From positions 1-58,751 of the IMG/VR virus record IMGVR_UViG_3300036851_000283: a stretch of 58,751 bases of DNA; one strand, 5' to 3'. The translations under genes were made by a program, and so were the position numbers. Of this stretch, positions 28,678 through 38,090 are shown piece by piece (within the stretch, counting starts at the first letter, position 1; the number at the start of each line of letters is the position of its first letter). This DNA comes from a virus (lineage: Duplodnaviria > Caudoviricetes). The notes under the pieces were generated by a model. That model was given only the letters and a program-made list of their open reading frames with translations. It was not told the DNA's origin and searched no databases.

Positions 28678-29091
28678 TCAATTTCGCGTTCCCTCCTGAC
28701 CGATTTCGTCGGGTGAAAGCCACGCCTCGCGAAACTTTTTGCAAGACGCGGAAAGATCTTCCGCCACGTCGTCAGGATAGCCGCGATCCCAGAATCCCAC
28801 GCCGTGCCAATTTCTGGTGAACCAAAAGTCGGCGCCGTTCTGCCACGGGTCGCCCGCTCTGTTTAGTAGCTTGTAATTCGCCATGGTGAACGCCGCGCAA
28901 TCCTTCCGCGCCTGCTCAATGAAGTAGTCCGGGATTTTGGGAAACATTTCGTCGGCGCGCCCGCTGGAAACGTAATCCTGGCCGGAGGGCGGAGTTTTGT
29001 CTGTGGTGAACAGCGCGGCGTCGAGATAGCCGCGCAAAAAGTCGTCGCATTCGTTTCGGTTCATAAATTCATTTAAGGTGGCGGTTTTCAT
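28678..29091 (-). CDS. Conserved early phage protein (DFW.TRN.HG.GFWDR family)
   Basis: Motif recognition. Confidence 0.75.
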   Translation of the reverse strand: MKTATLNEFMNRNECDDFLRGYLDAALFTTDKTPPSGQDYVSSGRADEMFPKIPDYFIEQARKDCAAFTMANYKLLNRAGDPWQNGADFWFTRNWHGVGFWDRGYPDDVAEDLSASCKKFREAWLSPDEIGQEGTRN

Positions 29092-29339
29092 TTCCAACTC
29101 CCGCGCTCTTTGATGGTTTTGGCAACGTAAGGGTGTAGCGGCTCCGGCGAATTGCCTTTCTTGCACTCATGGCAATTGCATTTCATTCCCCCGGCCTTGG
29201 CCTGCCTGCCATTTAGAAAAGCCTCGTTCATCGCTGGACGCGCAACGCGACTCTCGATAATCAGTCGTGTAAAGCTGGCAGTGTCCTCGTGATAGCCAGC
29301 GATCCGGGCGAGCGTTAAAGCTGTCTGGCGCTTACTCAT
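29088..29339 (-). CDS. Hypothetical protein with CxCxxC
   Basis: Overlaps its neighbours. Confidence 0.6.
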   Translation of the reverse strand: MSKRQTALTLARIAGYHEDTASFTRLIIESRVARPAMNEAFLNGRQAKAGGMKCNCHECKKGNSPEPLHPYVAKTIKERGSWK

Positions 29340-29595
29340 ACCCCAATTCCTCCGCCGTCTGGACAAACAGAAAGCCAAGCTCTTTGGTTTTGATGACGCA
29401 ACCGCCCCGTGTCGGCTTGCCTTTGTTCTCAGGTCGCGCCGGATTCTCAGGCAGGCAGAAAAGGCCAATCAGTGCACTCGTTGACGTGTAGGCGGTTTGT
29501 TGGTAGCCCAGATGTGCGGCGATACGCTCGGCTTGTTCATGGTCTTTGTCGGTGAATTCCATCTGGCAAAGGGCGGTTAGTGTTTCAGTTTTCAT
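29332..29595 (-). CDS. Hypothetical protein
   Basis: Preceded by a TTGACA promoter on the minus strand near 29633. Confidence 0.65.
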   Translation of the reverse strand: MKTETLTALCQMEFTDKDHEQAERIAAHLGYQQTAYTSTSALIGLFCLPENPARPENKGKPTRGGCVIKTKELGFLFVQTAEELGYE

Positions 29596-29655
29596 CTTGC
29601 GTTTACTCTCTTTCCTTATGTTGTTTTTGTCAATGTGAATAAATACGGAGGGGCG

Positions 29656-30261
29656 CTAGGGTAAATCCTGGCTTCCCCACTGCGCGGCGAATGCTTTTGC
29701 AATTCCCGGAAGCGTACGACTGCGTTCTTTCCAACGGTTGGGCCCGGGTGAGGCGCGATGCACCGCAGACCATGCCTTGTGTTCGGCGGTGCCATTGGCT
29801 GGTGGAGTCAATCGGTTGGTGGAAATCAGCGCGGGAATGTCGCGGAGCCAGAGGCAGGTTGCCTTAAATCGCGGCTCGCCAAAATGCCACGGCTGGATCA
29901 CTTGATCCTGTGGCCGGTCAATCAGCTTTTTGGCGTGGCAGTGCATGATTGAATTCTCCGCATAGCCGGGGCGCGGGTCGCGCAGTGTCAGGTTGAAAAT
30001 CTCCGCTGCTTCCGCCAGTTCTTCCCAGCGTCCCGGCTTTTCGTACAGCCAGCGCACCCCGCTATTTGCCATCACGCGGCACTCGTAATGGTAGCCCACA
30101 AAATCCCATGACTCCTGATTGACGCTGCGAAAGTCGCCCACGATATGATGCGGACTGCCGTCCTCAGCGGGTAGCAGGTCGCAAGAATAGGCGTCATGGC
30201 CTATAGCGCGAAAGGCTTGGCGCACCACGCCGGAGAATTCGCAGGCGATCAAAGCTTTCAC
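29656..30261 (-). CDS. DNA cytosine methyltransferase-like protein with altered catalytic motif
   Basis: ALIACEFSG.VR.AF...GHDAYSCDLLP, EN, IQPWHFG, KATCLWL, RSRT.PGIA.A.A.QW; HYEC where HPPC is expected. Confidence 0.75.
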   Translation of the reverse strand: MKALIACEFSGVVRQAFRAIGHDAYSCDLLPAEDGSPHHIVGDFRSVNQESWDFVGYHYECRVMANSGVRWLYEKPGRWEELAEAAEIFNLTLRDPRPGYAENSIMHCHAKKLIDRPQDQVIQPWHFGEPRFKATCLWLRDIPALISTNRLTPPANGTAEHKAWSAVHRASPGPNRWKERSRTLPGIAKAFAAQWGSQDLP

Positions 30262-30545
30262 AGTCCAAAAGCCTTTCCGAAAGTCCACGTTTCAAAACTC
30301 ATTGGAAACGGCGGGAAGCCTTCCATCATACAGGGCGGATTATTTGCCGCGCACCAAGCATCAAGCTCCGCCTCGGTTTCGCGGGAAAGGTGCGGGTGAT
30401 AGTCATTACAGCCGCCGGTGCCGCGATTGCTGACACTGTAGGAAATTCCCCGGTAGTCTAGTGTCGCGGTGAAGCAGGGCGTTTCCTCACTCAGGCGTTT
30501 GACGACTTTGATTTTTGTCAGGCTGGGAATGTTTTTGGTTTTCAT
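30258..30545 (-). CDS. Conserved phage protein (SEETPCF...N.G.GG family)
   Basis: Motif recognition. Confidence 0.65.
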   Translation of the reverse strand: MKTKNIPSLTKIKVVKRLSEETPCFTATLDYRGISYSVSNRGTGGCNDYHPHLSRETEAELDAWCAANNPPCMMEGFPPFPMSFETWTFGKAFGL

Positions 30546-30567
30546 AAGGTTAGACGGTGGGAATGGT

Positions 30568-31089
30568 TCAACCGAAACGCTTCCCGCTTTCGGTGAAGGT
30601 GTATTCATTGTCGGTGATGCTTTCATCAACCGCTTCGTTGCTCACGAGATATTCAGACTCGTTTTGAAGCATGATGGAATAATCTTCGAGGATGGATTTG
30701 AGAAACTCCGCTTCGCACTCGTTCAGCTTTTCGTCCAGTTCCCATTCGGAAACAGGTTCGCCCACTTCGTCACGCGGGGCCGCTTGAACAATTGCGTCAC
30801 GTTCCTTCAAAAAGGCTTGTGCCGTCTTGAATGTTTCGCATTGCTCGCCGTGTTCTTTCTCAATCTTCCAAGCGCATTCTTCGGCGCCTGAAATGAATTT
30901 GCCTGCCGCTTGCCGGTTGCAATCCAATTCAAAGCCCGTAATTTTCAGGCCGATGCGCTTCGCGTCATCGTACGTCGAATTCCACCATTCAAGATGAATG
31001 GCACATTGGTGCCACCAGTCACGCGCATTTTCCTTAGCCGCGTCGGAGAGTTCGGAGAATTGATAGACTTTCGTGGTAATTGTTTTCAT
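30568..31089 (-). CDS. Conserved acidic early protein (VY.F.ELS..AKE.A...NEY.F...G)
   Basis: Motif recognition; antirestriction-like context. Confidence 0.7.
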   Translation of the reverse strand: MKTITTKVYQFSELSDAAKENARDWWHQCAIHLEWWNSTYDDAKRIGLKITGFELDCNRQAAGKFISGAEECAWKIEKEHGEQCETFKTAQAFLKERDAIVQAAPRDEVGEPVSEWELDEKLNECEAEFLKSILEDYSIMLQNESEYLVSNEAVDESITDNEYTFTESGKRFG

Positions 31090-31293
31090 GGTTTTGGTCT
31101 GGGTTAAAGTTTCAAGCCGGGGCCAATTCGGATTCAAGCTTGAATGATTTAATTTCCGCCGGCGTTTTCAACGCCAGCACGGCTTCTTTTTGATCTTCGA
31201 CAAACTGTTTTGTGGTTTTTGTTTTCACGTTTCGTATTTTCCTTTCGTCACCCACATTCTGAACCCTCTCATTGTTTTTGTCAACGAAAGAGT

Positions 31294-31311
31294 TTGACAT
31301 TTGTTTGTCAA
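31294..31311. promoter_or_regulatory. Palindrome TTGACA-tttgtt-TGTCAA between divergent genes
   Basis: Perfect; TAGAGT 16 nt after the -35 on the plus strand. Confidence 0.75.
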
Positions 31312-31343
31312 GATTTAGAGTGATGTGAAAGGGAATTAAAATT

Positions 31344-31862
31344 ATGACAACCACAATCACACTTCCGAAATGGACCAGGCCAGCGAATTACATGGGCGCC
31401 AACTGGCCCGGCTTTTATGTTTTTCTGGGCAGGCATCGCGATAGCAATGCGCTTGATCGTGCTAATTTCAATGCTGGCTTGAAAGCTGTTAGGGAAGTCG
31501 CCAGCAAAGATTCAATCCCCGGCGATGACGAAAGCCCCACCGTTCAAGTGGTCTCCGAGAATCACCGGCTCGTTGGGTGGGTGGAATGGATTGCGATCCA
31601 CGAAAGCGATGTTGAGGCGCTGCGCGTTGCCTTGGAGATAATGAACTCACTGGAGAATTATCCCGTGGTTGATGAGGAACTATTCAGCCAATACGAAAGC
31701 GATGAGGCGAATGAAGTCTGGAAAAATTGCCATGCGCAATCCGACCGCGTTGAATATATTCGGAAGCACAAAAGCCAGTTTGAGTTTCGTTCACTAACAG
31801 ACCTGTTAGGTTGTGTCCGGGGAAATTACTTTGCGGGTTATGCCTCGGAACTTTTAGGGTGA
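31344..31862 (+). CDS. Conserved phage protein (RDS..L...NF / VGWVE / YPV.DEE family)
   Basis: Has its own promoter and terminator. Confidence 0.75.
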   Translation: MTTTITLPKWTRPANYMGANWPGFYVFLGRHRDSNALDRANFNAGLKAVREVASKDSIPGDDESPTVQVVSENHRLVGWVEWIAIHESDVEALRVALEIMNSLENYPVVDEELFSQYESDEANEVWKNCHAQSDRVEYIRKHKSQFEFRSLTDLLGCVRGNYFAGYASELLG

Positions 31863-31885
31863 GACTTTTCGCCAATCCCTTTCAT

Positions 31886-31911
31886 GCCCCGCTTAATCGC
31901 GGGGCTTTTTT
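31886..31911 (+). terminator. Intrinsic terminator
   Basis: GCCCCGC-ttaatc-GCGGGGC-TTTTTT. Confidence 0.85.
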
Positions 31912-31976
31912 GTTGTCCGCAGTGCTACCGCAGGAATTGACATACGGAAGCGTACGCGGCATGTTCGCGGCAGAAT

Positions 31977-32333
31977 ATGGCACTATTTACCGCAGAGAAT
32001 GCCGCAGAAATGGCCAAGCGGGGCGCATTGGTTAAGGAAGCCAACAAGATACGGAAAGCTACGCCCGAATTAGAACCGAACGAAGCTGAGCTATTCAGAA
32101 GGATGCGACTCTCACGCGTACGCGCACAACTGAATGCGATTGATGGACTAATCGCAAAAGAGATGAAAGAAAACTGCGATCCCGCAAAGCTTGACCGACT
32201 CGCAAGCGCAGCAATCCGCCTAAATGAACAAGAACGCCAGCTATCCAACCGCAGTCTCCCGCCCACGCTCAAAGCTTCTCAGGTCAAAGCCAAGCGATCA
32301 AGCGCCTCCCCAATAGACCCTGAACCAGTCTAA
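31977..32333 (+). CDS. Possible terminase small subunit
   Basis: FTAENA.EM..RG N-terminus, helical core and basic tail; precedes a long non-coding region. Confidence 0.4.
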   Translation: MALFTAENAAEMAKRGALVKEANKIRKATPELEPNEAELFRRMRLSRVRAQLNAIDGLIAKEMKENCDPAKLDRLASAAIRLNEQERQLSNRSLPPTLKASQVKAKRSSASPIDPEPV

Positions 32334-33020
32334 TCGCCCGCGCCTCTCACCCTCGGAGAGAGAATCAAGTCGCGTCCTGGACAATCCTGGGATGCCGAAT
32401 TCTATGTAAAACTACTGACACTACCAGTTGTGGTTTGATTTCGACAATTCATTTGCGCTTTGATACGCTCCAAGATATGCCTGATTCTATTGACGAAAAC
32501 AATTATGTATGTCATTTACCTGTTATCGTTACTTCGACGCCAAATCGCTTGCAACACGCTCTTGATAAATGCGTTGAGATTAAAAAAAGACGCTGAGTTA
32601 AGGAGGAGAGTATCCATGCTTTGCTTGATGAATACCGGGTGAGGGGCGAGTGGTTCAAGCTGCCAGACTACACGCTGGCTCTCTGGCTTCACACATGCCC
32701 CGACTACCACGACTCCTATCCAGCTTGATTCATTCTCTACTCCTCCTCCCTGCCAGCCCGGCCTATTGGACGGCAGGATTTTTCTTTGTGACTCCCAGAG
32801 CCGGGGCCAGACCGTCCCCACACCACCGGGGGTGGCATGGCCTTTTCGGGCGGTGAGGAGGAAACGGAGTCCCCCTCCTTTAACCGAACCTCAATTTTGG
32901 AACTTTTCGGTATCGTCGAAAAGACCACCTTTCCGAATAGGGTTCTAACTTCGTACCAGAATGCCCCGCAAACGCTCCAGGATTCGATTTGCCGCGTTTT
33001 GGTGTCGAGATGGGACAATT

Positions 33021-33227
33021 CTACCCAAGACGCCAAATTCTCACAAATCCTGGCTTGGTGAATTTTTGAGCGACTTTCCATCCGTGATACGCAGCGAATG
33101 ACCTGAATGCTTTCGCTGTTTTGAGGTCAACTTCAACCGAGTCTCCGTCGGTCATGCTTTTGATTTCTTCCGTCATCCGGTTTGATCGTTCGATTTTTTC
33201 CGGTGGTGCGATGTTCTTTTCAATCAT
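33021..33227 (-). CDS. Small DNA-binding-like protein (GDS...RIWR)
   Basis: Motif recognition; divergent from the initiator gene. Confidence 0.6.
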   Translation of the reverse strand: MIEKNIAPPEKIERSNRMTEEIKSMTDGDSVEVDLKTAKAFRSFAAYHGWKVAQKFTKPGFVRIWRLG

Positions 33228-33448
33228 GCAGACACATTTACAGAAACAGACTCAGAGTCAATAATGTTTTGAGCGAAGCGACCAAGCTCCGCATCGAATG
33301 TGGCTTTATTCATTGCTTCTGCTTCTGCTTCTCCTTCTGCTTGTCACACATCACTCTACTGTCAACCTACACATCTACAATGTAGAACGAAATAATTTCT
33401 ACACAATTCTATTGACGAAGGAGTTGAGGGTGGTAAAAAGAGGGTCGC

Positions 33449-34102
33449 ATGAGCATCACTTTTACCAAGCTTTTTTCCTCCATAACCGAGTCAACAATTT
33501 GGGCTGAACCTGACCATATTCGGATTCTTTGGATCACGATTTTGGCGATGGCGGATCGGAAGGGCCGGGTGTGGTCATCAATTCCCGGATTGGCGAACCG
33601 GGCGCGGATCACAATTCCTCAAGTCGAGGAAGGAATTGATCGCTTTTTATCGCCCGACGAATACAGCAGGACTGATGACAATGAAGGCCGCAGGATTGCA
33701 AAGATAGACGGCGGCTGGCGGCTCTTGAATTACGACAAATATCGGTCAATTCAGGACGACGAAGCAGTGCTTCACAGCAAGCGTAACTACATCAACGGTC
33801 GCCGACTTGCGGAGAATATCGCGGAGGATGTTGTCGGAAAAAAGCCGGAGCGGTTTCAGAAGCCGACAATTGAGCAGTGTCGGCTTTACGCGGCGAAGAT
33901 TGGGCTGCCTGAAATGGAGTGTAGCAAGTTCTTCAATTTCTACGAAAGCAAGGGTTGGAAGGTTGGTAAAAATCCAATGGTGTCATGGCCCCATGCGATG
34001 TCCGGGTGGAAAAACAGATGCGGTCAGTATGGTTCGGCTTCTCCAGAAACCCCAACCTCTCAACTCTCCGACGAAGAATTGGTGCGACAGGCCCAACTTT
34101 AA
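33449..34102 (+). CDS. Phage replication initiator
   Basis: FTKLFSSI.ESTIW...GGWRLLNYDKYR N-domain; FQKPT...FFNFYESKGWKVGKNPM.SW C-domain; upstream of DnaB. Confidence 0.8.
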   Translation: MSITFTKLFSSITESTIWAEPDHIRILWITILAMADRKGRVWSSIPGLANRARITIPQVEEGIDRFLSPDEYSRTDDNEGRRIAKIDGGWRLLNYDKYRSIQDDEAVLHSKRNYINGRRLAENIAEDVVGKKPERFQKPTIEQCRLYAAKIGLPEMECSKFFNFYESKGWKVGKNPMVSWPHAMSGWKNRCGQYGSASPETPTSQLSDEELVRQAQL

Positions 34103-34116
34103 TCCGGGACTCCAAA

Positions 34117-35442
34117 ATGGCCAAACCCCGACCGTCTCCCGACCGTCTGCCCCCGCACTCCGACGAGGCCGAAGCGGGTGTTTTAGGTTGCATCCTGCTT
34201 GATCCAATAGGCTGCCTGGACATCTGCGCGGAAACCATGAAGGCGGGCGAGGCCGTGTTCTACGCGCCGCAAAATGCGATCATTTACCGGGCGATGGTGG
34301 CCCTGCAAGACGACCTTTCTGAAATTGATCCCATCACGATTCACGAGAAGTTGAAAGGCTGGGGGAAGGCTGATGAAGTTGGCGGACTTCCGACACTTCT
34401 TAATCTTCAAAACAATGCGGGGTCGGCGGCAGCCATCCCCAGCTACATCGAAATCCTCAACAAGAAATTCCAACTGCGGAATCTACTGCGGGCGTGTACG
34501 TCCGCGACCGAACAAATTTTTGAATGCAACGGCGAAGTGGATTCGATCATCAGCTTTGTCGAACGAAACATCCTGTCGGTGGAAAAGAACGGGGTCAAGC
34601 CGACGTTGGATTCCAAGGCGGCGGGAAAGCGCATGGTGGAAGATTTGGAATTTCGCGCCAATCTCCAAGGCAGGCTCTCCGGCCTCGACACGGGATTCAA
34701 GCTGCTCAACTACATGACGCAGGGGATTCAATACGGCGAGCAGATGATTATTGGAGCCAGACCATCTCAAGGGAAAACCGCGCTCGGACTCACGATCCTG
34801 ACACACGCCGGGTTTGGTGGAGTTCCCTGCCTGTTCGTTTCTTTGGAAATGTCCATCGAGGCCATCATGCGCCGGATGTGTTCAATGAAAACCAGAGTCC
34901 CACTCAAAACCATCCGGGAGGGAACTTACGCGGATGAACAAATGGCCAAGTTTGTAATTTTCCAAACCCAACTCAACAAAGCGCCGATATTTTTCGCCGA
35001 CGGCGTGGACGGCTACGGCATCCGCGAAATCGCCAGCCGGATCAACCGAATGGTTTTGAAACACGGCATCAAATTGGTCGTGATTGACTACCTGCAAAAA
35101 ATAAAGGCGTCGGAAAAACAGGAGAAGCGGACGTACGAAGTCGCGGAAGTCAGCCAAAGATTGAAGGCGCTGGCGCACGATAACAACGTGGCGATGATAA
35201 CACTGGCCCAACTCAATCGTGAGAACGTGAAGGGCGAAAAGAAGGAGGCGCGTGCCCCCAGGTTGTCCGATCTTGCCGACTCCGGTCAGATTGAGCGCGA
35301 TGCCGATGTGGTGGGATTGATTCACCGCGAAGGCAACAACGCGAAGCTGATTATTGCCAAGCAGCGCGATGGTGAAGTGGGATCGGTCCCGCTTTATTTT
35401 GATGCCACTTACGCGCAGTTCATTTCGATGGATGACGAGTGA
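34117..35442 (+). CDS. dnaB: Replicative DNA helicase
   Basis: PPHS.EAE..VLG, GARPSQGKT, SLEM, IDYLQ, AQLNR, LSDLADSGQIERDAD and KQRDG motifs. Confidence 0.95.
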   Translation: MAKPRPSPDRLPPHSDEAEAGVLGCILLDPIGCLDICAETMKAGEAVFYAPQNAIIYRAMVALQDDLSEIDPITIHEKLKGWGKADEVGGLPTLLNLQNNAGSAAAIPSYIEILNKKFQLRNLLRACTSATEQIFECNGEVDSIISFVERNILSVEKNGVKPTLDSKAAGKRMVEDLEFRANLQGRLSGLDTGFKLLNYMTQGIQYGEQMIIGARPSQGKTALGLTILTHAGFGGVPCLFVSLEMSIEAIMRRMCSMKTRVPLKTIREGTYADEQMAKFVIFQTQLNKAPIFFADGVDGYGIREIASRINRMVLKHGIKLVVIDYLQKIKASEKQEKRTYEVAEVSQRLKALAHDNNVAMITLAQLNRENVKGEKKEARAPRLSDLADSGQIERDADVVGLIHREGNNAKLIIAKQRDGEVGSVPLYFDATYAQFISMDDE

Positions 35443-35458
35443 ACAAAAAACAAAAACA

Positions 35459-35659
35459 ATGAAAGCATACGCATACGAAACAATAATCAACAGGGATCAG
35501 GGAAAATTCGACGAGGAGGTTTGCAAAAGAATTGAAGAAGGGTGGGAGCTTCATGGCAACCCATACACAATAGCTGACGACAATGGCTCTTGTTATTATT
35601 TTTGTCAGGCGATGGTGATTGATGAAGCGACCTTCAAAAAGGTCTATGTAGATGGCTGA
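35459..35659 (+). CDS. DUF1737-like small protein
   Basis: V..RIEEGWELHGNP...FCQAMV. Confidence 0.7.
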   Translation: MKAYAYETIINRDQGKFDEEVCKRIEEGWELHGNPYTIADDNGSCYYFCQAMVIDEATFKKVYVDG

Positions 35660-35691
35660 GTCACCCGCCCCCCTTGATTGCAATCTGAAAG

Positions 35692-36264
35692 TCAGAGCTT
35701 CCAAAAAACCACCACCACACGAAACCTATGATTCGTGCTTTTCACCATGCCAATGACCGCATCAATCGCAAACTGGTCTTTGCGAAACATCGGAAGCACC
35801 TGGTCGAGCCACACCACATGACATCCAGGATTCAGCCTCGCTCCGAGCGCGGCCATCACTTTGTTACGCTTCACCATCGTCGTCTGGTATCGCTCGCAGT
35901 CCTCAACACTGTAGGGCGGGTCGGCCATCACCAGATCAAAAGACTCCAGCGGCGTGCTGGTCAAGGTTTGTGCGTCGTCAACAATATCGGGCCGGTTCTC
36001 GGGATTTATATCAACGGTCAATCCCGGCATCACTTCCGTATCCACCTTCCCGCTGAACAGGTGAAGAATTTTATGCTTGTCTGGGGAAAGGGCGCGAACC
36101 CGCCGAAGATAACCGGCGGGATAGCCCCCGTAATAAGTGGACTTCACGCGGTAGTCGTTGCCCATGATCCATATTCCAATACAACGGCCATCACCACCTA
36201 TAAAAAGCGATTCCGGGAATTGAGTTACCGCGTGGTAATTTGAAACTCTTTGCTGCCAGTTCAT
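35692..36264 (-). CDS. DNA amino-methyltransferase-like protein (DPPY)
   Basis: LHLFSG, DINP and DLVMADPPY motifs. Confidence 0.75.
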   Translation of the reverse strand: MNWQQRVSNYHAVTQFPESLFIGGDGRCIGIWIMGNDYRVKSTYYGGYPAGYLRRVRALSPDKHKILHLFSGKVDTEVMPGLTVDINPENRPDIVDDAQTLTSTPLESFDLVMADPPYSVEDCERYQTTMVKRNKVMAALGARLNPGCHVVWLDQVLPMFRKDQFAIDAVIGMVKSTNHRFRVVVVFWKL

Positions 36265-36440
36265 TTTTTTCTTTTCCACCGCCGCGTGTAACAACTCCCA
36301 TTCTTCCTGACCGCGCCGCTGGTCGTTTTCCCCGCCGCCAGATTGGCGAGCTTGTATTTATTGGCGACGAGATGGGCCGGGAGTTCCGGCAGGACGCTCG
36401 TGACGTATTTGGCGAAGGCGGGGTTGATCTGAGGCGTCAT
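36261..36440 (-). CDS. Small basic protein
   Basis: ATGA coupling at both ends. Confidence 0.5.
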   Translation of the reverse strand: MTPQINPAFAKYVTSVLPELPAHLVANKYKLANLAAGKTTSGAVRKNGSCYTRRWKRKK

Positions 36441-36964
36441 ACAACTTGCTCCACCGGCGTCATGCCGACCCGTCGCCAGATAAAAAGTCCGTGCATCCGC
36501 CAGTAACAAACACCCTTCGCGTGTTCAACAATCGAAGGCTCGGGCTTCTGGCTGTGAAGGCGCGGCGCCTTTTTAATCTCGCCCACAAAAGGAATTTCAT
36601 GTTTTGACTCCCGCGCCTCTATCAACCCCGCCCACTCGGGAATCATATTCGTCGGGAGCAACCCCGCTGGCGCGACGTAGTAAAACCGTGATGGTCCGAG
36701 CGGACTTCTCGCTTTCAAATCCTCGTGCTTGTTTCGGGCGGTCGAAAACTCGCCATTGAATTGCCAGCGCGGACTTTTTCGCTTGTCCGCATCAGCCTTG
36801 AAGTCGGCAAGCGACAACTTGATTTCGTACTCCACAAAATAACCGGCCTTGGTAATCTGAAACACATCACACTCCCACCAACCGCGAGGCGTGTAATTGG
36901 GCAGGACAAAACTCTGGCGATAGTGGTCGCGCAAGATGCGGCGTTGAATTTGAATGGCGGTCAT
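36437..36964 (-). CDS. MmcB-like PD-(D/E)XK nuclease
   Basis: ECDV...EYEIKLSLADFKAD; FYYVAP..L...IPEWAGLI. Confidence 0.75.
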   Translation of the reverse strand: MTAIQIQRRILRDHYRQSFVLPNYTPRGWWECDVFQITKAGYFVEYEIKLSLADFKADADKRKSPRWQFNGEFSTARNKHEDLKARSPLGPSRFYYVAPAGLLPTNMIPEWAGLIEARESKHEIPFVGEIKKAPRLHSQKPEPSIVEHAKGVCYWRMHGLFIWRRVGMTPVEQVV

Positions 36965-37078
36965 AAATGCGTCTTTCCGAAACCATCTCCAACAACGAAT
37001 ACGTCCCGCGCCTCCACGAACTCGCAGCGCAGGGCGCTGGTTATTTTGCGGTGAAGGTTTTGCACGGCGGTTACGAAA

Positions 37079-37354
37079 TTATTTATCTTTCTCCAAAGGA
37101 ACCGGAAAAACCGGAGTCACCCCGTCAAATGTCCATGCCCAATATGTAACTCCCGGCTCGACGAATCTTTTCCGTTCGAGTGTTCCGGTTTTAATCGTGG
37201 AATAATCCGAAGGCTCAAAGTTATTCCAGTCGAAAAATGAAATCGGATCACTCTCCAGCCAAACAAACCTCACAAAAGGATGTTCAACCCAGGTCGGTTC
37301 GGGAATGCGACAGCGAATGTCCTGAACGATTTCGGTTGCGGATGGATTTTTCAT
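37079..37354 (-). CDS. Hypothetical protein
   Basis: ATGA coupling. Confidence 0.5.
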   Translation of the reverse strand: MKNPSATEIVQDIRCRIPEPTWVEHPFVRFVWLESDPISFFDWNNFEPSDYSTIKTGTLERKRFVEPGVTYWAWTFDGVTPVFPVPLEKDK

Positions 37355-37725
37355 TTCGCCCCAACCATCATTGAATCTGGTTTCGGAAAGTCCGCGTCGG
37401 GTTTCCAAAGGTGAAGACACCCGGAATGAAAGTTCACGTACTCCGACTTCGCCGGATGAAACTGCATCACCCAATCCTCGTCATCCCAGAACAGGTCTTT
37501 GACGAAACACATTGTCTCCCACTTCGGCGGGCGCCGGTCATTTTCGATGGAAACGCTGACATGCTTCCACTCCTTTGAGTCACTGGCGATGCAGCGCAGC
37601 CTGCCCCACTGCGAAGGAATTCGGAACATCCCGCAAAAACCAAAGTCGGGCGTTGACCAATACTGTGATGGAACTTCGCCGCAGTTGTTGACGCGATGTT
37701 TGTTCAGAAAAGTCCAGTCGCTCAC
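37351..37725 (-). CDS. Conserved phage protein (HVSVS...W..MC.VKDLFW...HP...YVN.H..CLHLW)
   Basis: Motif recognition. Confidence 0.75.
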   Translation of the reverse strand: MSDWTFLNKHRVNNCGEVPSQYWSTPDFGFCGMFRIPSQWGRLRCIASDSKEWKHVSVSIENDRRPPKWETMCFVKDLFWDDEDWVMQFHPAKSEYVNFHSGCLHLWKPDADFPKPDSMMVGAK

Positions 37726-38090
37726 TTGAACTCCTCCGGCAGCACGCAATTTCGCGGCGCGTTTTTGAACATGGGCGCGATGTCTTTTGGGGAGTAGCCC
37801 GCGAGGCCGCAGCCAATGGCGGTTACAAGGAAGGTTATTTTTGGGTTGGCGGCGGCGAATCCAATAAAACGCTCAACGCGAGACTCTATTTCCCCAATTG
37901 GAAGAACATCCAAATCGTGACCCTTGGTGGGAATTGCATAGGAGTTTCCCGTCAGGCCGAAACCGACACCATATTTTGCGCCCCAGTAAAGCAAGGCATC
38001 CTTCGCCGCGCCCTTGCCATGTTTTCCGGCCAGATTGCTCCCGAAAACAAAACAGTGCTTCCCGTCGTTCATTTCTTTGGTGTAGGTCAT
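37722..38090 (-). CDS. A1S_2505-like/macro-domain-like protein
   Basis: FVFGSNLAG.HG.GAA, YAIPTK and VTAIGCGLAGY motifs. Confidence 0.8.
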   Translation of the reverse strand: MTYTKEMNDGKHCFVFGSNLAGKHGKGAAKDALLYWGAKYGVGFGLTGNSYAIPTKGHDLDVLPIGEIESRVERFIGFAAANPKITFLVTAIGCGLAGYSPKDIAPMFKNAPRNCVLPEEFK

